Translations under genes and position numbers: made by a program
Shown here: in pieces, positions 38,860 through 53,665 of the stretch
Layout of the letters: each line of letters starts with the position of its first letter
How positions within the stretch are numbered: position 1 is the stretch's first letter
Notes under the pieces: model-generated
The model's input: the letters and a program-made list of their open reading frames with translations, nothing else
Database searches by the model: none
What the model was told of the DNA's origin: nothing
Source: Phoronis australis
Lineage: Eukaryota; Animalia; Phoronida
Direction: 5' to 3'
Length of the DNA: 64,000 nucleotides
NCBI GenBank assembly: GCA_002633005.1
Contig: NMRA01000100.1
Coordinates: 889,822-953,821, forward strand

Positions 38860-38970
38860 CATCTATTGGTTACAGTGTAAAAACTATTTCGTTCGGAAAC
38901 ACGCGAGTTCGACACGGAAGATACCGATATCCGTCACGTGACCACACCTTTCCTGGCGGGGCGGTGTGCA
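38860..38970 (+). promoter_or_regulatory. Alpha-actinin proximal promoter elements
   Basis: Reverse CCAAT (ATTGG at 38865), palindromic E-box GTCACGTGAC (38933-38942) and GC box GGCGGGGCGG (38955-38964), in a CpG-richer stretch 110-210 nt upstream of the ATG. Confidence 0.55.
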
Positions 38971-39076
38971 TAGCTAACGTACTTTCGGCAAGCAGTTACC
39001 TCAGCGCGAGTAGGATTTTACCTCTCGGAGGGTCTTGAGCAGCATATTGGGAGTTTCGACTTAACAACCGGTCAAC

Positions 39077-39163
39077 ATGGAACCCGATGATTATATGGCT
39101 CAAGAAGACGAGTGGGATCGTGATGCACAACTCGACCAAGAATGGGAGAAACAACAGAAAAAG
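39077..39163 (+). CDS. ACTN: Alpha-actinin coding exon 1
   Basis: Encodes MEPDDYMAQEDEWDRDAQLDQEWEKQQKK then |gtttgc. Matches the alpha-actinin N-terminus (DYM.QE.EWDRD...WEKQQ.K) with the conserved phase-0 intron. Confidence 0.9.
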
Positions 39164-42022
39164 GTTTGCTCTTTTGCCGGTGAAATGTCGAAACTGGTTT
39201 TCACTAATGTTATCCTGTTTAACCGGCATTTTCTGAATGAGCTTGAAGAGACTATCTGTGAAGGGTTGACCCAGTTTTAGACTTTAGACATAAACTAAAA
39301 GGTTCACTTTACAATACAATTTTTGAAATGCCTTGAACATGTCGTGGTGACTCATGATTATTGAAGAGTGATTAATGAATCGGAGACAGATTGAATATCA
39401 GATTGTCCTGGTAGTCATTTTGTATTGTTTGACTTTGACCAAGTCTCTGCTCTAAGTATTGATTGCTCTCAATCTCTACGCATTGCATCCGAGTTGTATT
39501 GCATTGTGTAGCATTTTTAACCCCTGTATAGGACCATTCAGAAGACCTACAACTTAGACACTGGACTGGTCAGATATTACTGTATTGGACCTTGATTTGG
39601 AGAACCAGTTTCATCCACTGAGTAACGACTCCGTGTATTCAGTGATTGCCTGGTTCTCTAAATCTGAATCCCCTATATCCGACCAGTGCCCAGACTTAAA
39701 CAGTTAAGTTTTTTGTTACAGAAAAATATTAATTTTATGGATCCTGACAGTTTATAGTAGACAAAACCATAGAAAACCAAATGGTCAAAGTTCTGGTATT
39801 TACAATAAAAACAACTCGTTTTTTATTTCTTTGTAAAATGCGACATTCTGGGATTTGTACTGTATAAAGCTACGTGGTGCCATGACAACTCTCCAGGCGT
39901 AGGAGGTAATTCTTGAGATCAATGAGCATTAACCCACATTGCCAAAGAAAACAATTTTTGATTTACGCCACTATCTGGTAACGGTGTTCTCAACTAGTTC
40001 CTTACTCAGATGATGTTGTTTGGCTTGCAAAGAATGTAAAAACTGACCGTAATGCATGAGACCATGCTAAGCACTTGATATGAGCTCCGCACTCATGAGC
40101 CAACTGTATGTTGATCGTAATAATGATTTTTCAGTTCTGTGAGCTAAGAAATCACATGCAGTTTGAGTAAGGACTAAGGTGTGATCAATTTCATGACAAA
40201 ATGGATGCAACTTCCTTACTTTTGGACAACGAACAGTTCATTTCAGCAGCACCTTGTCATATTCTAGCGGCAAAATACTGACTTGTTACTGGAGGAGACG
40301 ACACGGCTGTTTTGGCTCGTACGCATTCTAATACTAATGTGCTTGTTCACAAAAAATGTTGAAGGCAGTTTGCGAGCGAATCCACTGTTCGGATAAAGAC
40401 CCAGATCTGGCTTACTGTACTTAACCGTAACCACCCTCCGATTTTTAAATTTCCCAATTTAAGACCACTAACCATTTACAATAAGTAGTTCGGTAAGAAC
40501 TTTGCTACGACAATACCTTGCATAGAAATCAAAATATTGTACACTTAAGTAACACATTTTACAGGAAAGACTCAAGTGTTTCTGGTTATCATATTCCTAA
40601 AGGACAAACATGTATTTCCTTTTTGCATTAATAGACTCTGATTTTCTCATGATAACAGAGAATGGACATTAGTCATGAAATTAAAGGTTTCAAATGCAAT
40701 TCACATATTTTAGTTCTACAATATTGTAGTTTAAATAGTTTTGCTTTTTAACAACAAAAAATTAAGAGTACAATCCATCAAGTTCAATGATTTTGGCCAC
40801 AAATCGATCCACGAGCATTTTGCAGCTGATGAGTTCAAGTAGTTTTTTGTCGTTTCTGAAGTTGGCGCTGTTCTTTTTCCGGTTTCGTGAGACACAATAA
40901 ACATGGCGTGCATAAGTTAACAGTAAAACAGAACTGCGGCAGCAAAGTCAACTAAGCGGATAATATAAGGCGAACCCTGGTCATATTTATGTTATTTATC
41001 ACTTTGGAATAGCAAAACGGAATTGGCTACTTTACAAAACAGGATTTTATGTTTGCTAAAATGGGATTCCGTGTTTTTGAAAACGGATTATCATTGCCTC
41101 TACATTAGAAATGAAACCACCGTCTTTGCTCAAGTATATGTCGGAAGTTTCTGTTTTTTACTTGAAATTCCTGTCCCAAGGCAAATTGCTGTATGCAGTA
41201 GACCTAAATGACTTTTTAAACTTTTTACAGACTGCTGAATCAAGTACTACTGAAGTGGAAGTTGTTTTTGTCATAAGGGTAATCATACTAAATAGTCATA
41301 CTGAATAGATGATATAATGTGACAGCAAGAACGATATTTTTAATTATAAAAATGGAATAATTTTGTTCCCCCGTTACAAAAAATATAAAGTAATCTAGTA
41401 TCCTACAAGAGTGTTCCTATGGAGTCAGGATAGAGTTTAGTGGTTCAATGATTCGGCATATTTTTATTTACTGCGCAGTCAACACTTGCTGCATCATTTT
41501 CCTTAGATATTATTCATGCAATATGTATACAATTATATTTACCTATCTAGCTACCCATCTTTTAGGAGTGAGGTAAGATGGGGGACATTAGGAACACCCG
41601 TATTGTAATGCATTGTTGTATCCAAGGTCAGACTGGGTCAGGTCACGAGAATACACATTAACCTGTGCAGTTGTGCTTCAAGCTGTATCTATCTGAGTTG
41701 ATCCAGTCTTGGGTCAAACACTGCTTGATGCTGATAAAATTAAGATTTAACATTCACATTTCCTCTGGCATGAAGTTATCCTTTATTGACACCTTTCACC
41801 GTTCATTTAGGTTAACGCCAAGAGCGCTTAGGTCCAAAAACTGTGTGGCACAACAATTCATGAATGCTTTAAAACCACATGCAGCGCCATATTTGACAAC
41901 AATTGTTTTGGTTTGTGTTTTGAGGGTGGAACCAGTTGTTCTGGTTCTTAATGCGCTGATGTAGTGTTCCTAATTACACACGCAATGACTAGACTTAATA
42001 GTGGACCGCTCATACTGGTGCT

Positions 42023-42228
42023 TCTTTACTCGAGGTAGTGGGTTCAAGTCCCACCAGGTCACACTGCCAAACCCTTGAGCCAGGTTTCTAGCTCCTCAGC
42101 TCGGTTTTAACCATATATTAATAAAGCATAAAAATATTTCCAGGTGATCAGTGCAATGGGCCCACATGCGAGGCCTGCGCACGTCTGGTACAACGTGTAT
42201 CAGACCGCCTGCAATTATTATTTTTTTT
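42023..42228 (+). mobile_element. 5'-truncated tRNA-derived SINE with a 13-bp TSD
   Basis: B-box GGTTCAAGTCC at 42041-42051, an ATTATTATTTTT tail, and TSD TCATACTGGTGCT at 42010-42022 and 42229-42241. Confidence 0.75.
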
Positions 42229-44722
42229 TCATACTGGTGCTCTCTAGTGTAATGAGAGTGAGAAAGTGACTTCTGCTTGATCGCGACTAAGACTTGGTGG
42301 ACAGAAATTCAATTACTACATGCAGTGGTTCGTTAATTAAATCCCATTGTCAGCCCCTCCTATTGTTTGATTAGGTTAAGTTCAGTGATTTATTTTAGCT
42401 TTTTCAAATCGTCTGGAATCGAAATTCTGCCGCCACTGGCTTTGGTGTGGATTCTTCTTCATGGTGGGAAATGCGTGTAATACGATGTCCTTGTTCATCT
42501 GTGGATGTTTCATGAGGTTTACATTTTTCTATAAAGCATTAGAACACCCCACCAGATAGCAGTGGAAATTTGCCTACATTATGATAGCAGGGTAGATGTT
42601 AAAATGCTGTTGATGTACCTTTAGGCTGGAACTTCCTGTTCGTATTACATGGAATCTGTAGGTGGTGTTGAACATCTGTCCACCCAAGACCTGATTTCAT
42701 CTAGTGGGATAGTGAATTTCGGTATGGTGCGATTATTTTGAAAATCAGCTATTGGCTCTGGCAATTGGCATTGTCCGTAGACTGGCTTAGGTTGACTTGC
42801 TTCTTCAGCCGGAATATACCGATTTTTGATATTCATTTCAGATTTTCTGCATGACTCACTGCAGAACATCTGCTGGTATATTTGTTTTTGAATTGAAGAT
42901 CGTGGGTTAAACCATTCAATTTGTGCCAGAAGTTTTCTGAGGATATCTTTCGTCAATGTGGTTTATGTCTAGTTGTTAAAAAAACAATTAGGAAACTGCC
43001 GGGGACGTTCTTAGTTTGGATTATTTGTAAACAAAATTATTTTTTCCTATTCATGGGCCTTTTTATGTGCTTTCCTGTGTTATTCGCCATTAACAGGTAT
43101 TCTATATAATATATGTTTTATGACGCTTGTCTGTGACCTATTATGAATTCCTAGATAGGATAGATAGATTGACCTACATGAAGTCTATATATCCATTTGG
43201 GCTCAAGTCGATTGTTGATTTATCCCATCCCGGCAGGCTCAAATCGTTTCGTCTTCTCTTTTATACTACCAAGACCCGAGTTGGTTTAGACAGTGCAAGG
43301 AATTCTATATTCCGCTGAAGACTCCTGTCACCCTTGCAGGACAGATTGACATCCCTCCAGACTTGGAAGTAGTGCCATCTTCTCACCATCCTTCCATTAT
43401 TGCTTTTCGGTTTTCTTTCGCCATAATAATGTTGTAGAATGTCAAGCACGTATCACCCGGCGTGGGAAATCATGGTCGCACAATGAGGGTTCAATCGGAA
43501 TTAAAGCCCCAAGTGTAAACAAGGCATAAAGCTATGTTCACACCATTACTATTTCTGATTCACCCAAGTTAGTGCCTCGGTGCACCATTGTGTCCAACAA
43601 GATTTGACATCAGTGGCACCTACTGAGTTACGGACGGACATCGGGGAGTCATGACCCCGATGTGGCCAGGGTCCTAGAAGATGTCAGGAAGTTTAAAGGG
43701 CGAAACATCTAATGATGGGACTCCCTTCCTCTGACGATCGTCTTATCTTTCGCTCCCCGGAGTTTCTTACCACTAACTTCTGGGACTGCCTTGTTCACAC
43801 CAAGTTAAAAGTGTATAACCTCTCGCTAAACCACTCATTGAGGGTAATAAGTGTTGAAACCAGTTTTTGAATGTTCAGAGTGGGAGTTTTACCTTCCAAT
43901 CGTTTTCAAAAGTTATGACTGCTTTGGTGTGAAGAGGTATATAGGACAAGATGTGAATGAACCCCTTTTCTTTGCCATTTAGGTATATGCGCCTGTATAT
44001 TAAACCTCTTGCAACACCCGAATTCAATATCCTGTGTTTATTGGCAAAGTTTCCATAAAACTATGGACCCTATCTAATAGTGCTTATCCTTGAAAGTTGA
44101 GTATGGTTAGGCCTAAGAAAAAGGTAAAACTGGTTCTGATACTTTTTTTTTGAAAATTGATGCAGTTAGTTGTTGAATTTTCAAAAAGAGTAGCGTGATA
44201 CCATTTCCTAACATAGTTTCTCTTCCCTTCCTCCAATGTAGTGATGTTCCTAACTTCATTCTGTCAAACATGTGCAGGGTTTATGAGAGATCATTGTTAC
44301 TGAGTTGTTTTAACCAATTCGTTAAATATAAGTTTAGATATGTTTGAGTAGCGTTTGGAAAAAAGGAACTGGCCTAAAATGAGCATTCAGTGAGGCGCAT
44401 GTATCAAAGTGAGTGTTGAGCAGCCCAGAACCAGTTTTGATATTTTCTTTCATCTCACTGTGTGTGTTGACACGATTTGAAACTAGGTCAAGTAATTAAT
44501 GGAAAAATAGGGGATGTTGAAAACACTCTAACATTAAGTTAAAAAAATATGTACTTATTCAAGAGACACGTTTATGTGAAACATTTAAGCTAAATTAATT
44601 GTTGGGGAAATTTGTATAGGCACAACAGCCTAATTGCATGCATATCTGTTATTTGATCTTACCTTTGTTTGGTATTTGATTTAAAATAAGCATAAATTTT
44701 GGCTGATGCTTGTTGGACAATT

Positions 44723-44763
44723 ACTTTTTGTGGACTGACGTATTATGTCAGTCCACAAAAAGT
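44723..44763. repeat. Perfect 17-bp inverted repeat (hairpin)
   Basis: ACTTTTTGTGGACTGAC-gtattat-GTCAGTCCACAAAAAGT. Confidence 0.85.
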
Positions 44764-47700
44764 CATTTCTTCATCCTATGCCAAAAATTTCTGTTATGAT
44801 ACGGTATTTCTAATTTGTTGGTGGCAAAAAAGTGACCAAAAGCAAGTAGTTAGAAAATTTGACTTTATTTGACGGAGTGCTCTGTAATGTTAGTGTATTG
44901 TGAAAATAACCAGTCGGTTAAGTTTTTGAATGCTGATCTATGTGGCCAGCCTTTTAAAAATAGTTTTCTAGTGAGTCAGTTTTAGCAAATATGTTTGTGG
45001 GAAATACTTTAATACTTTGATCAGATCCTAGCAACTCCCTAACAACTGATACGATTGGAAACTGATTAATTAACACGTAACCAGCCTACATTAATTAGTC
45101 ATGTTTTCTATTAGTTAAGAGGTCATTAGTTGGGTACAAACTTTCAACGCAATGCATGTCACCTTGCCTCCTCCTCACCTTGAAACCTGTTTTGCCAGTG
45201 TGGCTTGGTTGCGTAGTTTAGACTTACCAGTCGCCCCCACATAATATTTTTAACCTTTCGGTCACATCGTTATGGAATCATCAGGTATATTCAGTATGTG
45301 TGCCATAATCCGGATGCCTTTACTTGGTTTTCCTATCACATCAGCTGTCTCGTCCACGGTTCTCTGAATGAGGCGCCCGGTGGGGTTGCTGGGGAGCGGT
45401 GGAAAACTTCTTGTTCATTTACTGATTGGCAAATTTATTTATTAACAATCACTGCCTGGACTATTCAAGTGTGGGTTGCCTCATCTACTCAATGGCATTG
45501 TAGGTCAAGGAAAATTCCTTCTATTGATAGGAGACTGTGATCAAGAGTCTGCCTGTGTTCTTATGACTCTTATGTTACTCCCATGACCAAAAATGGATAG
45601 CGTAGCTGAACTGAAATAGCACACAGTCACACACACACACACACAGCTTGTGTGAAAGCCGACTCTACTATAGCTGTAGTGAGCCTTGGGGTGTTAGCAT
45701 TTATTCATAATTCTGATGCAAATGAAAATATTGTGCTGGTCTGGTGTGTATTTGGTGATGGGGCAGTGCACATGATTGTCATTATAGCACTTAGCATCAT
45801 GGTTATGGACATGAGTTTTTGTGTTTGCCAAAACTGTGACGTGTGTTGTGGGTAATTGCAAGGAATCGCCAACTGTAGCGTTCCCATTCATTAATGCAAT
45901 TCCCATGTGAAAATAAGGAGAAATAATCCGGTGTACTTTTCAAGCAAAATTCTTACTAGCAATTTTTTTCAATGGGATATGAATTTGCCAGGATTCTGAA
46001 TTCCACCAAATTTCACTGTATTAATGTCGAGGGGGGGGAGGTTATTCATGACCTTGTGGTTTGTTGATTCAGTTTAAATTCCGATTGTTATAATTGTATC
46101 ATGAACCTACTGTTGCTGGTGCACGCATTTTATGCACTGAATACGTCCGTGTATGCCAATAGGGGCGCCATAACTTTCCAGTATTCTTGAAAACTTTGGG
46201 AACAGAACTGTTTGCATAATTAATCCAGTGTATACATTTTCCTGAAATATGTTTTGGGATTTCAAGATGGAGACTATCATTTTATATATTATCTGAATCT
46301 GGAGTATTTGATGGCTGGTCTGATATCACGGTGTGTGCGAATGTAATCAAAACTTCAAAAGACAAAAGGACACAAACTATTAACATGACTCGTAGGTCGT
46401 CCTAATTGGTCCATAGATATGAGGCCCTGTGGGTCAACTGACCTTTAGTCATCTTTTTCTAAAGTGATTGATCAGTGCAATTATTCAGTGTTTGGAAAAC
46501 CCATGATTTGTGAAGTACTGTGCCTTAACCACGGCTCTATTCTGAGTTCTAATTATTCAGACCCATTTCTTGCGGCAGCCTTCAGTGAAAGTGTGGTGAT
46601 TACTATCAATGTGTTCTTTCAAAATCTGACTAGTCCTCAGATAGGTAGGTGACACCTGAATACAAGCTCTCTGCATGGCAGGTTTTGTCGTGGCGTGTTT
46701 CTTCTTTTGGCATTTTGCTTATGGAAGTTTACGTTGTGTCCAAGTCCGATGTTTGTGACTACGTAATGAATTCTTTGTCTTCACAAAATAACTTATTTTT
46801 CAGTATCTGAAAGTAAGGCTTTTTTACAGTAACTTGTAAATTGTGCTGATTCGATTAAGCCAAGCAGGGGTCATTGTCAATTTAGTTATTTTTGTCATTT
46901 AATAATTGTTTTGAATTTTTTATTCAATTTAAAGATGCATGTAGGTTAGAAAAGTGTTCTTGGCAACCATACTCTAATAGCAGGTGACAGACCAGGAGGC
47001 CACCCTCATTACTGGTTGTTCCCATTAGTGACTGAAATTAAATACCTACATGAACATTGCTTGATGACTCATAACTGTGTCCCTGACCTGGCTTTCTGTC
47101 CTTATAATTGAAAGTTGACATTCTATCAAGGTTTCATGACAGGACGCAATGTTAATATACATAAGCAAGGTCACAGGGTGGATGATGCTCCAAAAGTCTG
47201 CTTGTCCTCCTTAAATGTATTCAAACTTTTACTGTAAGAATGATAGTTTCATGCTCAGCTTGTAAAATTAACGCATACCTCTAGAGTTGTTTGTGTAAAT
47301 TAGCAGAAAGGAAGGTTAGGAGGTGAAAACATGTCATGACACACAACTTGCAACACATTAGAATTTTTATCTTGTGGAAATCCTGCGCAGTATTATATTT
47401 TCCTGGTTTATGAATGAGGAAGAGTTTGAGCAATTATTGTCTGTTACAATGTTCACTATCTGTCTAAACTGCCATCATGTCATTTCCACAGGGAGCTTAC
47501 TTCAAACAGCGCACATGGGCAGTGTAAACAGTGCTTGGGTTTATTGTTGAGTTTAATTATGCATTATTTGCAGAGGCTGAGAGCGTGCTTTTAACACCAA
47601 TTTCTACTTTAAAAGTGACGAGGGTGGTGAGAAAAACACTGGCATAAATTGTAACTTTGCCAACTTTGTAAACGCTAACGTTTTTGTCTGAAAAACTGCT

Positions 47701-50700
47701 TACTGTAGTGCTCATGTTTTTGGCCACTCACCGTGAACCTAGTATTTGTGTCCACTTATGAATGACTTCTTCAGAAGCCTGGTGTAATGTCCACAGGTGT
47801 TGTCGTAAACAAAAGTAAACAGAGAATTGTCAGTAACTGGTTTGGAAGTGCTAATAATACAGTATGGGAATGGGATATGTATGGTCTGAGCCTGGATTAC
47901 CATGATGGTTGGTTCAACAGACAGCAAGGCTGAATGCATTATTTCCATGGTTACAGCACTGTTATGCATCAACTGCATGTATTGAGTAATGATTTAGTAA
48001 ATGAGGGTATGAGCATTTCAAAAGGATGTCATTGGTTTTAGGCTCAAAACGTGTTTTTGAGTGGATGTAAGTTCGAATTAGTCTTGTGGTTGATCTCAAG
48101 TATCGTACACATCATTCTCTTGATAGTATCACTTAGGCACTCTTGATAGATCGTTACCCAGTAATAGGTCTAGATCGGAAACTTGATTACATTTGATTCT
48201 TTTGTATGGTGGAGTTCTAAAACATCTTTCAAAATATATTCTAAATACCAGAGTTGTGCAATGCGTTTCTTAGTGTTGTTACCTCACGACGGTATTGCAT
48301 GATTGAGGTTCTCTTGCTCCTTCTGGTGAACTGACTGACATGTGTACCGAGCTTGTTTGTCATTCTCAGAAAAGACAACAACAAAAATGCCATTCTGATA
48401 AAGTCACTATCTTCAGAACACACCTGTGACATTTATTACGAAATGCATGTCAGACATTCCTAACAGCCTTCCCACCTTGTATGTTTTGAGAACTCATTTT
48501 TTGAGGTGTTTTGTGTTGACGAAAATAGCATTTTTTCCACGAATGTCATTGATATTATAAATAAACTGGTGAATACACAGTGGTGCCAAACCAACCGGCT
48601 ATTATACAATACCAAACTTCTAGCAACTAGTGTTTTTTATAATTCCATTTTTAGATATTGCATTCCAGAAATGGGGGTATGTTTTGTTGTTTTACGTCTA
48701 GTCGCAAATTGCTTTATTCAATTCCACCATGACTTGAACATGATGTGGATTTCAGAGATATGCAGGCAGAAACGTTAGACTGAAGTCGACAAAAAGTCCA
48801 CCTAAACTGAAACTAGTGAATGAAATGTATGGTTTGTTTCAGTCTTGTCTCAGTGTACAAACTATTTGTTTGAGGAAGTGGTGTACTTAATTAGTCACCA
48901 AGGCACGGTCACGACATCAAACAATTATGGTGAGCCTGATACCATATTTAGTCAAACAATTCAATTCAAACACCATATTTAGTCATACAGTCTGTTGGTG
49001 TTATTGTGTGGTATTAATAATGTTTTGGAGAAGAGTGTAAAATCTTGAATGGTAACATTTGGGTGTTCACCCCATATTTTGCTAAGTGCCAATAAAGAAA
49101 TGTTTTTCAACCGAAGCACCAAGTCAGGCTCCTCTCTGTGCATAATCAATACACTGTTCTCCATGACCTGATTGGATTTTTCGTAGTAGCAAGTTTAAAT
49201 TCTGCCGTAACACGTTTGGCTTATATGCGTTAAATTCAGTGCTACCAGTTTGAACTCATAGGAGATTAGTCATTTCTTCATCCAAAGCAGAACATTTTGG
49301 ATGTTTGGCACCACTTCAGTGTACTGCTTCCAAGTCTGTATACAAACCGTCACACGGACTTTCGAACATTTTTTTGTTTGTTGAGAACTGCGACCATATT
49401 TGTTTCTCTTTTAAGATACATTTCCAGTGCCTAGTGTACTTGGGGTCTATTAGAGGTGTTTTCATTGGCTAATTTCATTACTGTGAGCCATTTCAGGCTA
49501 CAGACTGACTTATCAACAACTACATTATAGTGCCATTTTTCTGCAGTTCACATACGCATCTGTTTTAACTGACTTACTGGTTAAACAGCCAGATTTTTTC
49601 TTGGTGTGTGAACGGATACTTGTTAGTTCACCGCATGCACATGCGTTTAGATTTTTACTATTTAAGTGCAGTCATAGATGCTTTCTCGTTGGTGAATCAT
49701 AGCTCAACAAAACAGCTGAGTCTGGTTCTAATTGTGCGCTTATTGAAAGAATGAGACCTGTAGGTTTTATCCCATCATTAGTGACTAATAATTTTCGTGT
49801 CACCTCTGGGGGCAGTTTCAGATATACCATAGGTTTGCAGGTCGAGTTAACTGGCTGTGATTGAGGCATGTCTTATCTGAATTCCACACTAGTGATACCT
49901 CTAAAATAACAATAGCATGCCGACAGATTGTGTTATCAAGATAGGAAATTATTGAAACAGTTGTCTCACTCCTCTGCGTTTATAGGCATCAGCTTGGTCA
50001 CTGCCCTAGTTGGGTATGGTTTGAACCTGTTTTGATCAGCAGGGTCATTGACATTTTTTGGCCACAATCTACCCGGAGAAATATGGGAGAAAGGTGAAAC
50101 ATTAATTGCAGAACATTAAAAGCAGTGTGTGATCAAAGTCATGTAAACTAGAAATTATATCCAGATGGTCAACATGCTGAATCAGACCACTGTATGTGTT
50201 CATGAATATAGTTTGCATCCATTGCTTGTACTATTTTTCATTCAGTAAAATAATCCTAATTATCATTTTTCACTGCACGTCGTATGTGTAACGGTTAAAA
50301 TGTCAATCACCAACAAATTATGTCAACTGGATTATAGGTTAAGGTGAAACTTGAAGTTGGAAGTTGATACGGTTTTGTTTGATTTCATGGAGAGTTATGG
50401 TTATAGTTTCGATGTGGCCACTAAACACCTGTGCAGAATACCTACAGTCAAGCATGCCATGTTCACACCAACAGTTGTAACTGTTGTGTAGTAACAACCT
50501 TTCACATTGATAGTCCTAATTGTCATAAACCTGGTGGGTGGCGAGGCAGGGTTCAGTGACTTTGAATGACCAAACATCTGACTTAGAACTCTTTAATTTT
50601 TTTGTTCGCATCAAAGTTTCTTTCACTTGACCCAATTTCTAATTCTGGTGAGGAAGACTGGCATAATTTTTTTCATTATCGAACATTTGACGACTTTTGC

Positions 50701-52776
50701 ATATGGTAATTACAACACGAAGTTTATGAAAAATGCTGTAATCAGTAAGTGAGCTGTGAGTGACGCTACATTTTTTCCACCAAGAGCGCTGTCACCGCTG
50801 TATTAGAAAGGGCTGTTTGAGCTAAATATAATGGGTTAGAACTTTTACATGTAGATTTCCTTTCACATTGATGTAAAAGTGAAACCAGTTATAAACTATT
50901 ATCACGATTAGCTATACGTAGCATTTATACCGGGTTTAAAAATAAAATTGTAATTGCTTTAGTGTGGACCCTACATTAAATTGTATTTTAGTTTTCAGGG
51001 TTTAACCCTGGATTTTTTGTGACTAAATATTGAATATAAACACCTGCACTACAGCCAAATGCAATTTAAAATGACGTGTGTCAACCCCCCAGTGTAATAG
51101 GTGGCACTTGTTCCTGGCTTGACCTCCTGCAAGCTGATGGCCTTCATCTGAATTATTCATAGGTAGTGATTTATGAACCTATAGTTAGTCTTTGTCAGGT
51201 ACAGGCGTCACTGAGGGAGTGTTTGAGAGGGTTACAGTCTGAATTTCTTGTAGAATTAAGCTTGGACATTATACCAAATTAATATGTATTTTTTGACAAA
51301 TTGTTTTTTTGGCCACAGCAATAACTGCAAGGGGAATGTTACCCTTGGTGTTCTGGTCAATGTGACTTATTTTACCAGTGACCAGACCTCTTTATTTCAG
51401 CCATAACATTCCTTGTGGCTTCAGTTCCACACCTGCATTCACTTGCCACGGGTCAGAGGATTCCACTCCTGTACTCTACAGAGGCTTCAAAAATTCTCCA
51501 TTAACTCTAGGGGATGAAATTTCAGCCTAGACCCATGCATAGACCCATGCATTTCTCATGAGAGAATTATCAATCACATAATGGTTTGTGAGTTCGAATT
51601 AAGTTGTTGAAATTGTCCCTGGATTAAAGTTTGGTGTCTGTGGAATATTAAATGTTTTGTTATACAAGTTCAGGCACGTGGGTGTGTTCAAGGTGTTACA
51701 CTACTTGTCTGCTATTAGTAGTGACGAAGTGCAGTTTTGAGGTTCGTGATTCCAATTCACACATATGTCCAAATTATTTTCATGCTCTATTGTCGGCTGT
51801 GCGTTTTTGTTCTGAAGTTTGGCAGTCAGAACATGCGAATTGCTTATCAATTTTATTGTCACTTAAGATTTGTTTTAATATGTTCTGAATTTACTCTCGA
51901 ATGGTAAGTGAAACAGGTCCCTGGACTTTCTTTGTCTGTTATTTGCTGAAGGGCAGCTATGCTCGTTACTCAGGAACTGGTGTCTAGTTGTAACTAACTC
52001 CAGCTAACTGTGGCCCAGGTCTGTTGACAGACAATACAAATATCTCAACAGCTATTTGATCAGCTTTGCCCTAACCCAACAATAGATGACCTAGATTTAA
52101 CACCCCTTACCAGAGAAAATGGCATTCCAGAGCATTCAAATTAAGTAAACTTAAGCTGGGGTTTTCTTCCTCTGCTGGGTTACATGCAGACTAGTTGTAC
52201 AGTATTCTGGTTAATTTGGCATGAATTACTAGTGCATTGCTTCTGTTCAGCTATTAGACCACTCCCCATAGGATAAATGACTGACACACTGGTCAATATT
52301 TTACTTGTCATCTGGCTGCCTGTGTAAATTTGTCTACTAAATGAAATCCTGATGTTTAGTTTGCTTCTGGGTGAAGGATACTGCCTGCATTACAACTAAT
52401 AACACCACTTTGATTTCTAGCCAGAAGCTAGCTACCTTTGACAATGACTCCATTAATGCGACTTTGTACTTAAATATTTCTAATGGCTGTAAAGTTCTGA
52501 TAAGACTCAGCAGGTAGACCTTTACCTAGGTGTCTCCCCCAGGCATAATACTCAGGTTGACTTGATAATCTGGCTTGCATAATCTGTTATGAGTTCCTTA
52601 CTTATCATTTGTGGCTGGTTTATGCACTATAATTATCTTTCTCATCAAGATGTATTTTGCCAGCTTGACTGGTTCCCTGTGTAAACCAGTCAGAAGCAGT
52701 GCTTGTCTTATGCTGGCCATAACCTGGGCTGTGTTGCCTAGATCAAGCTTCTTGACAGAATAACAGAAAAAGTTAA

Positions 52777-53665
52777 AGCCATTTTTACAGGAGGAACAGT
52801 TGTCACCACGCGAGTTGTCACCACGCAAGTTGTCATGGCGCGAGTTGCCCCTTTGCGAGTTGTTCTACTCTTGTCAAATGTACACGACATTAGATTTCAA
52901 ACTGGATCAGAGTGATTCATTTACACAAAAACTGTCTGCGCATGCTTGCTTAAACACTAGCCAACGTCCAAACCATGTGGAATGCCAGCAGATCACCTGT
53001 ATATACGCTTGCGCTTGCGGTAACAGAGATGATCCTGCCTTGCCTCAGTTTACGTTTAGACATGTAGTTGACACTTGAGCAACTGATCCAGTGCAACTAT
53101 CTCTCTAAAGTCCCGTTTAGATATCAACTTTTGGCCTGGCGCAACTGACACGGAGGAAATTGACCCATGTCAAGCGGCCGTTTACACACACAATTCACTA
53201 ACCGTGGCAAGACGGAAATTAAAGGCTGGAGAGACTGGATCACACATGCGCAGGTTTACAAATGACGAGAGTTGCAGAGACAAAGAACCCGTACGTAGGT
53301 CATTGCTCAAGCGCAGTAGAGATGATCCTTTCCACCTTACTCCAGTTTCGCGTTTAGACTTATAATTGACACGGCGCAAGATGTTCAGGCGCAAATTACT
53401 CTACCTCACAAACAGATGGCAAAAATTTGTCACCGCGGTGTCAATTTGCGCTGTGTCAGTCCGTTTACACATTGGAACAGCTTGTTCCGTGTCAGCTGAT
53501 CCGTGTCAACTTTGTAAGTGTAAACGGCACTTTTACTGGTATCATAAATGGCCGCCGTGGTGTCAACTTGCTCTATGTTAGTCGTTTTTACATACACACT
53601 TGCATCCAATCAGCTGTTCCGTGTTAGCTGCTGTGTGTCAAGTGCACCTCGTGTAAACGACACTA
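52777..53665. mobile_element. Harbinger-like MITE with internal TTGACAC(G) subrepeats
   Basis: Left end TTTACAGGAGG..TTGTCAC matches right-end revcomp TTTACACGAGG..TTGACAC. TTGACAC/GTGTCAA motifs recur internally in mirror orientation. Confidence 0.5.

Noticed and set aside
42041-42051. tRNA gene (T-loop/B-box GGTTCAAGTCC)
   Set aside because: No cloverleaf or A-box. The TSD and tail show it is a SINE.
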